The notes: generated by a model not told the origin, from the sequence alone. Numbered from the stretch's first letter, positions 37,501 to 46,702 are shown. The stretch: 64,000 nucleotides of DNA from Gammaproteobacteria bacterium (GCA_024639905.1 JAHEGE010000008.1:12023-76022), one strand, 5' to 3'. Numbers and translations are program-made.

Positions 37501-39298
37501 GGCGATAGTCGTTTTCTGCGCCTTGAAACGCAAAAGTGCCGTGCCAAGTGTATGAAGGGAACAACACTAATTGCCCCGCCTGCGGCCGAATAATTCGCTC
37601 TACAACCTCTCGCTCGCCGAGCATCAATGCGCTTTCGCCGAATTTAATGCAGCCTGCATTCTCCTCTTGCTGCGCCAGCGTTTTAGGCAGCGTGATGTAA
37701 CAGGCAGAGCTGACCCAGCCTTCGGTATGCACATGGTTTAGGTGAAAACCCGCAGGTTTAAGCTTTACCGACCACGAGCCTGAGAAACTAAATCCACGTG
37801 AAACGCTCGCTGGCAGGCGCCGCAGAAACGGGTGTTCTGAATCTCTAGTGAATCCGCCAAGGTACTGCTCGACAACATCTGCCAACGCAGTCTTGTACGC
37901 AGCGATCACCGGGTGCGGTTTATGCAATAGGCGCCCGGGCGTTTGCGTGCCTGATTTGAGAGTCTGCCGTGAAGGAGCGAATTTGGCCTGATGCATGCCC
38001 AGCAGCACTGTATCGAGTTCGGTGAGGAAATCGCGAAGGCTTGTGTAGCCATCAGGCACTGGCAGCATGAACTCGCCGATGTGGTTGTCGTAGTCAATAA
38101 GCCAGCGGTAGCGATCGTCGCCGTTTAGCCGCCAACAGAGACTCTGCAATGCCCAGCTCAATTGATTATCTGGCGCAAACGCCAACAGCCTTTCGACCAG
38201 CCTTTGGGCTAATTCGATCTTGCCTTGAGTGATATGCAGTCGCGCGAGGTCTTGTCCGATTCTCAGATCGAAGGTCTGCCCTAACGCCCGCGTAAGCGCG
38301 GCCTCGGCCTCGTCATAGGCAAGGCGGTTAGCAGCGAGCTTACCCTGCGCATGCAGCAGCGCCGCCGTTGTATTTTCCCGCAGCGCCTCATCAACCTGCA
38401 GTTGCGCGGCCTCATCTTGGCCGGTCGCGAGCAGCGCGTTGATATACGACAATCTGAGCTCATCGTCCTTTGGCGCTCGCTGAATCGCCTGTCGATAACT
38501 ATCCTCGCTACGTGCGTGCTGGCCAGACTGCCAATAAAACTCATGCAGGGTTTCGTGCGCTAAAACAAAGCCTGGATTGCTCGTAAGGCTCGAAAGGTAG
38601 TGTTGCTCCGCTTTGTCATGTTGGCCCGTCTCGAACAAGGCATTCGCGTAATTGTAATGAATCTCCGCGCTGTCTGGTGCGAGCACCAATGCCTGTTCGT
38701 AATGTGACAAAGCGAGCGGGAGCTGATCGTTGAGTTTGTAACTCAGTGCTTGATTGTGGATGGCTGTGACATGACTGGGATTTAGTGCCAAAGCGCGCTG
38801 GTAATACTCAGTCGCTTTAGCGAACTGCTCCAAGGCTTTATGCGCATCGCCCAATCCGGTGAGCGCGACAACGTCGCTAGGCTCGAGTTCGATAGCTTGC
38901 CTAAGCGTCGCCATTGCGGAATCGGGATCGGTCGAGAGTAATAAAAGCCCCAAATTTTTTAAGGCGTCTTGAAAATTCGGCCGCAGAGCTAGGGCCTGAC
39001 GATAATGTGTCTCAGCGAGGGTACCCTCGTTAAGCTTAGCGTAAACATTCGCTAGATTATTGTGAACTTCGGGTTGATTTGGCGCACGCGCCAATGAGCG
39101 CTTTAGGAACACGATCGCATCCTTCGTGTCGCCCTGCCCGGCACTGGCTAGTCCAGCCAGATGGAGTAGGTTCGGCTCTTCTGGAATTTTTTTCAGAAGA
39201 GCCTGGATTTTTCCTAGTACGGACGGATCGCCTGCGTTCACCGCCGCGTACAACTGCCCTAGTAACTGGTTGAACTGTTGGGATTTATCTACGGCCAT
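37469..39298 (-). CDS. TPR-repeat protein fused to a 2OG-FeII_Oxy_5 (TIGR02466-like) domain (609 aa)
   Basis: About 400 aa of TPRs (AIVFLKRSLARAPNQPEVHNNLANVY...). The C-terminus has GFHLNHVHTEGWVSSACYITLP...GQLVLFPSYTWHGT. The ATG at 39298 is preferred because 39334 lies inside the upstream terminator hairpin. Confidence 0.75.
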   Translation of the reverse strand: MAVDKSQQFNQLLGQLYAAVNAGDPSVLGKIQALLKKIPEEPNLLHLAGLASAGQGDTKDAIVFLKRSLARAPNQPEVHNNLANVYAKLNEGTLAETHYRQALALRPNFQDALKNLGLLLLSTDPDSAMATLRQAIELEPSDVVALTGLGDAHKALEQFAKATEYYQRALALNPSHVTAIHNQALSYKLNDQLPLALSHYEQALVLAPDSAEIHYNYANALFETGQHDKAEQHYLSSLTSNPGFVLAHETLHEFYWQSGQHARSEDSYRQAIQRAPKDDELRLSYINALLATGQDEAAQLQVDEALRENTTAALLHAQGKLAANRLAYDEAEAALTRALGQTFDLRIGQDLARLHITQGKIELAQRLVERLLAFAPDNQLSWALQSLCWRLNGDDRYRWLIDYDNHIGEFMLPVPDGYTSLRDFLTELDTVLLGMHQAKFAPSRQTLKSGTQTPGRLLHKPHPVIAAYKTALADVVEQYLGGFTRDSEHPFLRRLPASVSRGFSFSGSWSVKLKPAGFHLNHVHTEGWVSSACYITLPKTLAQQEENAGCIKFGESALMLGEREVVERIIRPQAGQLVLFPSYTWHGTFAFQGAENDYRLTAPFDVVPH

Positions 39299-39314
39299 CG
39301 CCTTTCCCCTGATC

Positions 39315-39345
39315 AAAAAAAAACGGCGGGCCAAGGCCCGCCGTT
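39315..39345 (-). terminator. Rho-independent terminator after the TonB receptor 39371-42193
   Basis: Stem AACGGCGGGCC / GGCCCGCCGTT with a 2-nt loop, followed on the minus strand by a run of 9 T. Confidence 0.7.
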
Positions 39346-39370
39346 CTTTATACTCGCTATGACCTTTCGG

Positions 39371-42193
39371 TTACAGCTTGAAGCTCGCACCAATGAACAT
39401 GCGTGGTCCTAGCAGCGAGTAAGTAGACGGGAACGTGTTGCTTTGCTCCCCTGCAGAGCCCACTTTATCAGGCAATGCATCAGTTGCGTTCTGTACACCA
39501 ACCGTCACACGAGCGCTCTCGTTGATCTGGTAAGCAGCGCTGAGGTCGAGGTAGTAGATAGAGCCGATCCTTGGAGCCGCAAGAGTGGCTGCATCGACAG
39601 GGCCGTTCGCAATGCGATCGTCTTCTACTTCACCCAGGAAACGCAGCAAGCCCGAGACCGTCCAGTCGCCTGAAGTCAGTGTCGCACGCGTGTTCCAGCT
39701 CACGTCAGTGTAAGGCGAACCACAAGTGTTGCCGAAGCTGCCGGCACAGTTGTCGACACGATCAGCAAGAGCCGCAACAGGCGTGGTGTCGAACTTATCG
39801 AGGAACGTGCTGTTGAACGTCACGTCTAGAGTCGAACCTGCGCCACCGATACCGAAGTCGAGGTTAGTCGTATAGTTGACGTTTAAGTCAACACCGCTAG
39901 TCTCGATGAGGCCGATGTTTGAGTTCAATACGTTAACCAGGCCAACGTTGCCGTCTGGACGACGCGAGATCGCCTGACAGAATGGCGACGCGGCGTCTTT
40001 AACGACGTTGTAGCAGAGGTCGAGTACGTTAGCAGTGCTGCCGCCGAGTACGCTGATCGCGTCTTCGATTTCGATGCTGTAGTAGTCAACAGTGATATCT
40101 AGGCCGTCTAAAGGCTGGATGATCGCGCCCACGGTGAACGTGTTCGAAGTCTCTTCCTTCAGGTTAGGGTTACCACCGAAGTTGCCTTGGATTTGATCGT
40201 TAGCTTGAACGAAAACACCCACGTCAGCTGCCGCTACGCCAGTCGCCTGACACAGTGCCGCGTCGGTAGTGCCCGCGATGAAGCCGTTAGACGCACAAGG
40301 GTCAGATGCGCTTGGGAAGCCATTGCTCTGGCCCAAGAACAGCTCTGATACGTTTGGCGCACGCACCGACTCTTGGTATCCCACTCGGAAACCAACCATG
40401 TCAGTTGGCGAGTAGTTAACAGAGGCAGCGAATGAGCTCACCGGTCCAATGTTCGAGTAGTCTGACGTTCGAGCCGCAGCCCAGAAAGTCAGGTCTTGAA
40501 CCATAGGACGGTCTTGCATGATCGGCATAGAAATCTCGCCGAAGAATTCCGCAACGCTGTAGCCACCTACAGTAGGCTTACCGGCGTTGAAGCCGAGCAC
40601 GTCACCGGCAGACAGGAAGCTGTCTGGACGGAAGCTTGAGTAGTCAGCGCGGTGCTCGTAGCCGACAACAATCGCCGTTGACGCGCTAGAGCTTGGCAGT
40701 GTGAACACTTCACCCGATACGCTCGCCTGAATGACTTCTTGCTCGATGCTAGTCAGGTTAGTCGCGCCGATGTTGACGAAATCGATCGCAGCTTGTGAGA
40801 TGTTGCCGGCGCCAAAGATGTTCATTGGCGCACAGCCACCTGAAGTATCCTGACAGGCGAGGCCGTCGTCAGTCACCGACGCCGCTTGTACGAAGCGCGA
40901 CGCAGAAACGTCATTGTTCAGTACGTTGCTGTTGTCGAGGTTCGAAAGGCTGTAAGACGCATCGAACGACCAAGTGTCGCTGAGGTCGCCTGAAGTGCCA
41001 ACCAAGATGCGGAACGCGTCGCGCGTGTCGATTGACTGACGCGAACCGTTCTCAACCATGCGGCGACCGATATAGATCGGCACGTTGCCGTTCGCATCTT
41101 TAGCAGCACCATTGAACGCAGCTTGTGCGTTAGGGCCGAAGAACGCGCTGTTTGGGTTAACGAAGACTGAGGTGAAAGCAGGCGTTGGCGCCAGTTCCTG
41201 TGGCACGAGGTTGTGTGAGAAGTTCATCTCACTGTAAACACGTACTGAGTCAGTCAGGTCGTAGTGACCCATAGCAGTCATCAAGTAACGCTCCTGCGGA
41301 AGCTGCAGGAAGTTATCAGGTGCGTAGTTGAAGCGGTCGCCCGGCTCCTGCCAAGCACGGCCTTCGCCGTTGGCATCGAAGATGCCCAGAGTGTCGCCAT
41401 TAGGCAGTGTTGGGCCGCCGAATACGCGCGTACCAGGAACGCCAGATGAACCACCCGGAGTCAGAGCGGGCTTGCCGTCTACTGTGCCGTCGCCAAGTGC
41501 GAAGTTAGAGAACTCGCGTGCGTCGGAGAACAATGCCTTACGCGAGAGGTATGACGCGTAAACAACCGCATTACCGCGGCCTTCATCGAAGTTGCCACCG
41601 ATAGTGATGTCGAAGTTGTAACGCTCTGCGTCGCCTTCGCTAGTGATGTCGTAAAGGCTGGTCATTTCGACGCCTTCGAAGTCATCTACTAACTGGAAGT
41701 TAACAACACCCGCGAGGGCATCTGAACCGTATACGGCAGAAGCACCACCAGTCAGCACGTCAACCTGCTTGATTAGTGTAGAAGGGATAGTGTTGAGGTC
41801 GACAACGCCTGTCTGTGTTGCTGGGATGTAACGACGACCGTTAACCAGCACGAGCGTACGCGAAGTGCCGAGACCGCGAAGGTCGACGCGCGCAGTACCA
41901 TCACCAGGGTTGTTCGAGCTTGCGCCGAACGAAGGCACTGTTGAAGGCAGTTCGTTAAGCTTTTGCTCAACGTTCAGGATACCTGAAATCTGGAACTCTT
42001 CGCCCGATACTGTAGTGAATGGGCTTACAGCTGTGAGGTCGGCGCGCGTGATACGTGAACCGGTTACTACAACCTGCTCGATCACTGCGTCGTCTTGAGC
42101 GAAGGTGCTAGGTGCAACACCGAGGGTGCCCGCTGCGGCGATAGCGGCGAAAGCCTGACTAAAAGCCGCTGATTTGCGATTTAATTTGAACAT
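39371..42193 (-). CDS. TonB-dependent receptor (940 aa), tandem paralog 1
   Basis: Signal peptide MFKLNRKSAAFSQAFAAIAAAGTLGVAPSTFAQDD, TonB-box/plug EQVVVTGSRITR...RGLGTSRTLVLVNGRR, and a long beta-barrel. Confidence 0.92.
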   Translation of the reverse strand: MFKLNRKSAAFSQAFAAIAAAGTLGVAPSTFAQDDAVIEQVVVTGSRITRADLTAVSPFTTVSGEEFQISGILNVEQKLNELPSTVPSFGASSNNPGDGTARVDLRGLGTSRTLVLVNGRRYIPATQTGVVDLNTIPSTLIKQVDVLTGGASAVYGSDALAGVVNFQLVDDFEGVEMTSLYDITSEGDAERYNFDITIGGNFDEGRGNAVVYASYLSRKALFSDAREFSNFALGDGTVDGKPALTPGGSSGVPGTRVFGGPTLPNGDTLGIFDANGEGRAWQEPGDRFNYAPDNFLQLPQERYLMTAMGHYDLTDSVRVYSEMNFSHNLVPQELAPTPAFTSVFVNPNSAFFGPNAQAAFNGAAKDANGNVPIYIGRRMVENGSRQSIDTRDAFRILVGTSGDLSDTWSFDASYSLSNLDNSNVLNNDVSASRFVQAASVTDDGLACQDTSGGCAPMNIFGAGNISQAAIDFVNIGATNLTSIEQEVIQASVSGEVFTLPSSSASTAIVVGYEHRADYSSFRPDSFLSAGDVLGFNAGKPTVGGYSVAEFFGEISMPIMQDRPMVQDLTFWAAARTSDYSNIGPVSSFAASVNYSPTDMVGFRVGYQESVRAPNVSELFLGQSNGFPSASDPCASNGFIAGTTDAALCQATGVAAADVGVFVQANDQIQGNFGGNPNLKEETSNTFTVGAIIQPLDGLDITVDYYSIEIEDAISVLGGSTANVLDLCYNVVKDAASPFCQAISRRPDGNVGLVNVLNSNIGLIETSGVDLNVNYTTNLDFGIGGAGSTLDVTFNSTFLDKFDTTPVAALADRVDNCAGSFGNTCGSPYTDVSWNTRATLTSGDWTVSGLLRFLGEVEDDRIANGPVDAATLAAPRIGSIYYLDLSAAYQINESARVTVGVQNATDALPDKVGSAGEQSNTFPSTYSLLGPRMFIGASFKL

Positions 42194-42436
42194 TTATTGT
42201 TCCCCTTAATAGAAGAAACGCGCCTCTGACGATATGCCGAGCCGTCGTTTCCTCTTGTCTTTTATTGTGCAGCGCTCACTGCGATCTAGCGCGTCGCGGC
42301 GGAGTGTACACAAAGATGACTAAAAAGAGTACATATACGCCCGAAAAACGCCCAAAAAGACATATTTTGGCCATATTGGTCGGAGAAGCAGCGAGGAAAA
42401 TACATTAATTATTAACAAATACAGTTATTTACGCAC

Positions 42437-42464
42437 AAAAAAGGGAGCCGAAGCTCCCTTTTTT
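42437..42464. terminator. Bidirectional rho-independent terminator after the TonB receptor 42485-45550
   Basis: AAAAAA-GGGAGC-cgaa-GCTCCC-TTTTTT. Confidence 0.75.
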
Positions 42465-42484
42465 AATGCGTTACTGCTTGCTGA

Positions 42485-45400
42485 TTAGAACCTGTAAGTT
42501 GCACCAGCGAAGAAGAAGCGGCTGACGTTATACAGACCAGGGTAAGTGTTGTTGTTACCCGTGCCTGTACCTACGTTAGTTGAAAGAGGCGCGTCTTCTG
42601 CTAGCAGGTTGTTTGCACCTGCACGCAGTGTGATGTTGTCTGTGATCGCGTAGTTTGCAGACAGGTCGAGGTAGTTGCGCTCTTCCAGGTAGTCGTTCAT
42701 CTGCTCTTCACGGTTTGAAGCGGCTGCCGCGTCGAGGCCGAACAGAGTCGTCTCGCCCACGTGACGCCAAGTCATCGCAACGCCCAATCCGCTAACAGGT
42801 GTTGACCAGTTAAGCAGCGCACGGTGCGTGTACTCAGGCGTTGGCAGTCCACACTGACCCGCATAGACCTCTACGCATTCGATCGCATCCGCGCCAGAGA
42901 ACGGGGTTGCGTTGTTGGTGTCTAGCACTGTGGCTGCGTAGTCAACATTTACCGAACCAAGGTTACCGAGGTCATAGCTGTATGCAACGTTGATATCGAA
43001 ACCTTCAGTCGCTAGCGACGCGATGTTGGCATTTTGCTGGCTAATGCCGGCGATGCCGCCGCCAGGCGCGTCATTGCTAAGCCATAATGTGCCCGCTGTA
43101 TCACGCTGGATTAGGCTACAGAAAGTATCTGAGCCGGATCCGCCAGCAATACAACCGTCGAGGCTAGCTTGAGCAGGAATAGAACCGATCGCGTCTGTTA
43201 CTTCAATGTCGAAGTAGTCAATTGAGATCGAAAGGTTCTCAACAAAGCTTGGAGTGTAAACCACGCCGAATGTTGTTGTTTCGCCAGTCTCAGCCACTAG
43301 ATTAGGGTTACCACCAGTGATGATGTTGTACTGGCCTGCAGGGTTATCTTCAATGCCACCCGCGTACTGCGCAGCTGATGCGCCAGTACGAGCACAGGCT
43401 TCAGCCGATGCGGAAGGCGAAACGCCCGGTGCTGAAGCGCATGGATCGAAGAGACCGTTTTCACCAGTTGAAAGGTCTGTTAGGCCTGTGTTAATGCCCA
43501 CGTACAGGTCGAAGACGTTGGGCGCGCGGATCGCACGGGCCTGATTTACGCGGAAGCGAATGTCTTCTGTAGGTGACCAGCTCGCACCGACAAACCAAGT
43601 ATCGGCGTCGAAGCTGTTAGTCAAGCCATTGCCCATTGTTGTGTAGTCTGAATAGCGGTAGCCGGCTGAAATACCGAGCTCCTCAGCCCAAGGCTGTCCA
43701 GTCACTACTGGGATAGAGGCTTCCATGAAAATTTCGTCGACTTCAATCTGACCGGCGATCGGCAGTGTCGCACCACCTGTACCCGTAAGACCGCGGCCAC
43801 CAGATTTCTTAGAGATGTCATCAGCCAAACGCGAGAGCTTGTCTGTGCGTGATTCGAAGCCTACGAGACCAGTCACGCCGGCATCTGCGAATGGACTCTG
43901 AATACCGTAGTTAGTCAGATCGCCTTCAACAGTGCCGCCGAATACGAGCTGTTCCGTCTCACCAGTGACGATACCTGTGCCCTGAATAAAGGCAGTTTGC
44001 TCGGCAGTGATAGCAGTGCTGCCGTCAGCGTTTCGCTCGAAGATGTTCCAAGGCAAACAACCGCCGCTAGTGTCGCGACAAACGGCGTTGCCGCTCGCGT
44101 CTGTAGTTACGAACAGCGCCTGCTGCACGCGGTCGAAGTTGAGGTCACGCTGAGAGATGCGCGTACCCTCAGTGCCAGAGAACTGAGCGAAGACGTCAAA
44201 GTTGAAGTCATCACCTAGGTCACCGCGCAAACCAGCAACTGCGCGCCACGTGCTGTTCTCGTAAGTGCTGATGCGAGGACCGCCTTCGACGTTGCGGTGT
44301 GAGTTAATGAACTGCACATCTGCATCGCCGCCAGCAGCAAGAATATCGTTACAGCTGACGAAGTTACCGTCGGCGTCGAAATTGCCTGTGAAGTCTGCGA
44401 ATGAGACCGCACCGGCTCCGTTTGGTCCGCGACCCGCTTGCAGAAGAGGGTTGCTACAGTTCGTCTCAAAGGGACGGTTGAATGATGCAGACTCTGCAAT
44501 TTGCGCAGTCGTGTTGTTATTCATGTAGCTAGTGTCGGCGTAGGCTTCTAGGCCACCGTCGATCTCGTAGTAACCGCTCGCTCCAAGATTCCACCGCTCT
44601 ACTGGGCGCTGATAGTGGTTGCGGGCACCAAAGTTATAGGTTTCAGCTGCACCGCCTGCAAAAGGCGTGAGCGTACCGTCTTCCTGCTGGAAGACTGTAC
44701 CAGACACACCATTACCAAGAGTGCCGTTGAAGCGTCGGAAGTTTGAAGAACCTACGCAGTTGATAGTAGAACTTCCGCCGAGGGTACAAGCGCCCGTATC
44801 ACGGTCGCCGCCGATGAGTTCTTCTTGGTCTTCGTAGCTACCGAAGATAGTGATGTTACCTGTTCCTTGAGTGTTGTTGACACCCATCAGGAATGACATG
44901 AGGCCGGATTCGCCGCCGGTGTTGCCGCCCGGATCCGCGATGCTGTTACGTTGCAGAACGTCTGCCATAAAGCCGTTGTCATTAGGGTTTTCGTTCGCAC
45001 CGTATTGATAATCCAGTTCGAAGCCTTCGAAGTTGCGTTTGGTTATAAAGTTAACCACGCCGGCAACCGCGTCAGAACCATATACAGCCGATGCACCCGC
45101 CGTGACGACGTCTACACGCTCAACTAAGCGAGCAGGGACGAGGTCGATGTTCGCCGATGATGAGAAAGGGCTGCCGAAAGGCAAGCGCTTGCCATCGATT
45201 AGAACGAGCGTACGCTGCGAGCCGAGACCACGAAGGTTCAGCGTCGAGGTACCTGTCGCGCCGTTAGCAGTGTTCGAAGTTTGAGCTACGAAGACGTTAG
45301 GCAGAATGTTGACGACGTCCTCAATGCGAGTACCACCGCGGCTGTCGATTTCTTGAGCGCCGATCTGTACAAGCGGCACTGACGAGGTGACATTAGATCG

Positions 45401-45550
45401 CGTTAGTCGCGATCCAGTAACAACTAGTTCTTCGATTGAAGCAGTGTCGTCCTGGGCAAAAGTGCTCGGCGCAGCGCCTATGGCGCTGGCTGAAGCAATC
45501 GCCGCAAAAGCTACTTTAAAGGCAGACGCCCTGTGATTTAGTTTGAACAT
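42485..45550 (-). CDS. TonB-dependent receptor (1021 aa), tandem paralog 2
   Basis: Signal peptide MFKLNHRASAFKVAFAAIASASAIGAAPSTFAQDD, plug EELVVTGSRLTR...RGLGSQRTLVLIDGKR, terminal ...FAGATYRF. Confidence 0.92.
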   Translation of the reverse strand: MFKLNHRASAFKVAFAAIASASAIGAAPSTFAQDDTASIEELVVTGSRLTRSNVTSSVPLVQIGAQEIDSRGGTRIEDVVNILPNVFVAQTSNTANGATGTSTLNLRGLGSQRTLVLIDGKRLPFGSPFSSSANIDLVPARLVERVDVVTAGASAVYGSDAVAGVVNFITKRNFEGFELDYQYGANENPNDNGFMADVLQRNSIADPGGNTGGESGLMSFLMGVNNTQGTGNITIFGSYEDQEELIGGDRDTGACTLGGSSTINCVGSSNFRRFNGTLGNGVSGTVFQQEDGTLTPFAGGAAETYNFGARNHYQRPVERWNLGASGYYEIDGGLEAYADTSYMNNNTTAQIAESASFNRPFETNCSNPLLQAGRGPNGAGAVSFADFTGNFDADGNFVSCNDILAAGGDADVQFINSHRNVEGGPRISTYENSTWRAVAGLRGDLGDDFNFDVFAQFSGTEGTRISQRDLNFDRVQQALFVTTDASGNAVCRDTSGGCLPWNIFERNADGSTAITAEQTAFIQGTGIVTGETEQLVFGGTVEGDLTNYGIQSPFADAGVTGLVGFESRTDKLSRLADDISKKSGGRGLTGTGGATLPIAGQIEVDEIFMEASIPVVTGQPWAEELGISAGYRYSDYTTMGNGLTNSFDADTWFVGASWSPTEDIRFRVNQARAIRAPNVFDLYVGINTGLTDLSTGENGLFDPCASAPGVSPSASAEACARTGASAAQYAGGIEDNPAGQYNIITGGNPNLVAETGETTTFGVVYTPSFVENLSISIDYFDIEVTDAIGSIPAQASLDGCIAGGSGSDTFCSLIQRDTAGTLWLSNDAPGGGIAGISQQNANIASLATEGFDINVAYSYDLGNLGSVNVDYAATVLDTNNATPFSGADAIECVEVYAGQCGLPTPEYTHRALLNWSTPVSGLGVAMTWRHVGETTLFGLDAAAASNREEQMNDYLEERNYLDLSANYAITDNITLRAGANNLLAEDAPLSTNVGTGTGNNNTYPGLYNVSRFFFAGATYRF

Positions 45551-45773
45551 TAAACATTCCCCTTACTTTTTTGATAGATTCGGGCACCCATCGTGCGCGG
45601 CGCAACTTATGTCTCTATTGATTATTGTGCAACACTCCCTACGCGGAAGCGTATGAAATGGATCTTACACATAGGCGACAAAGAATAGTACAGAGGGCAT
45701 AATTTTGACAGATTTGTCTTTAAGCCGTGCAGAGCTTAAAAGTAATATTCTTAAAAATCATATAGTTGATAAA

Positions 45774-46484
45774 CTACGAAGGCCTCACTGAAAAGCGATA
45801 ACCGGCGCCACGTACCGTCTGTACGAGCTTATCGTATTCGATTGTCGCCTCAGGAATCGATGACAAAGCCTTGCGCAGACGACGGATATGGACGTCGATG
45901 GTGCGCTCTTCGAGGTAGACGTTGCCACCCCAGACCGCATCTTGGATATGATCACGACTAAACACTTTCTCTTGGTTCATCAGGAAGAATTTGAGCAGTC
46001 GAAATTCGGTGGGCCCCATGACAACGGGCTTTTCTTCGATTGTGATGCGGTGGCTCGTGGGATCTAGCTGCAGATCGAAGACCCTTAGGGCCTTGTTTTT
46101 CTGCTTGCCATCGACGCGTCTTAATACCGTTTTGATACGGGCAACAAGTTCACGGGGCGAGAACGGCTTGGTGACATAATCGTCTACACCTTCGCTCAGC
46201 CCCTGCACTTTATTGTCTTCGCTGGCTTTCGCCGTCAGCATGATGATGGGAATGTTGGCGGTAAGCTCGTCGCGGCGCAGGCGACGAGCGAGCTCGATGC
46301 CGCTGCCGCCGGGCAGCATCCAGTCCAGTAGGATGAGGTCAGGCTTTCTGTCGACGATGGCGACGTGGGCATCATGGGCGTTTTCTGCGCTCACGCTGGA
46401 GAATCCGGCGAGGTCGAGGGTGATACCCACCATGTCGCGTATTGCGGCTTCGTCATCGACTATTAGGATGGTGGATTCGAACAT
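45774..46484 (-). CDS. phoB: PhoB-type OmpR-family response regulator, with no cognate kinase in the window
   Basis: Collinear with E. coli PhoB from memory: LILLDWMLPGGSGI, DDYVTKPFSPRELVARIK, LDPTSHR, MGPTEFRLL, DVHIRRLRKAL, VQTVRGAGYRFS. Confidence 0.85.
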   Translation of the reverse strand: MFESTILIVDDEAAIRDMVGITLDLAGFSSVSAENAHDAHVAIVDRKPDLILLDWMLPGGSGIELARRLRRDELTANIPIIMLTAKASEDNKVQGLSEGVDDYVTKPFSPRELVARIKTVLRRVDGKQKNKALRVFDLQLDPTSHRITIEEKPVVMGPTEFRLLKFFLMNQEKVFSRDHIQDAVWGGNVYLEERTIDVHIRRLRKALSSIPEATIEYDKLVQTVRGAGYRFSVRPS

Positions 46485-46598
46485 AACGCTTACAGCCTCA
46501 GCTAAATCTAGCGAGCAGTCCTTTCGAGCGCAGCGACTACTGTCGCTGGTCGAGCATCGCAGGACTCTCTAAACACTGCGTGATTTAATCATCAAACT

Positions 46599-46616
46599 AT
46601 GACAATCGCGTGACAA
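46599..46616 (-). promoter_or_regulatory. Pho-box-like direct repeat upstream of phoB
   Basis: The minus strand reads TTGTCAC-GCGA-TTGTCAT (7-mers at 11-bp spacing; Pho box consensus CTGTCAT-N4-CTGTCAY). TTAAAT lies 10 nt downstream (46583-46588) and a third TTGTCAA lies at 46630-46636. Confidence 0.45.
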
Positions 46617-46677
46617 AGGCAATGTGGAATTGACAAATCTCTGCACGCGTAGTCGCATTACTTCCTTGATTTTAATT

Positions 46678-46702
46678 AAAAAATCCGGAGCACCGTACTC
46701 CG
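46678..46702 (-). terminator. Candidate terminator after the TonB receptor 46729-49227
   Basis: Stem CGGAG / CTCCG with a 7-nt loop, followed on the minus strand by 6 T. The stem is short. Confidence 0.5.

Noticed and set aside
42316-42408. A 30-aa plus-strand small ORF (MTKKSTYTPEKRPKRHILAILVGEAARKIH) between the two tandem receptors. It ends before the bidirectional terminator and was tempting as a Tyr/Pro/Lys-containing substrate peptide for the sulfotransferases and hydroxylases.
   Set aside because: The homologous DNA block upstream of receptor 2 (about 45660-45700) has no ATG and an in-frame stop, so the coding potential is not conserved between the paralogous leaders. The RBS is weak, with GGAG 11 nt upstream. 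An ORF this short is expected by chance. It is still worth a look in ribosome-profiling data.
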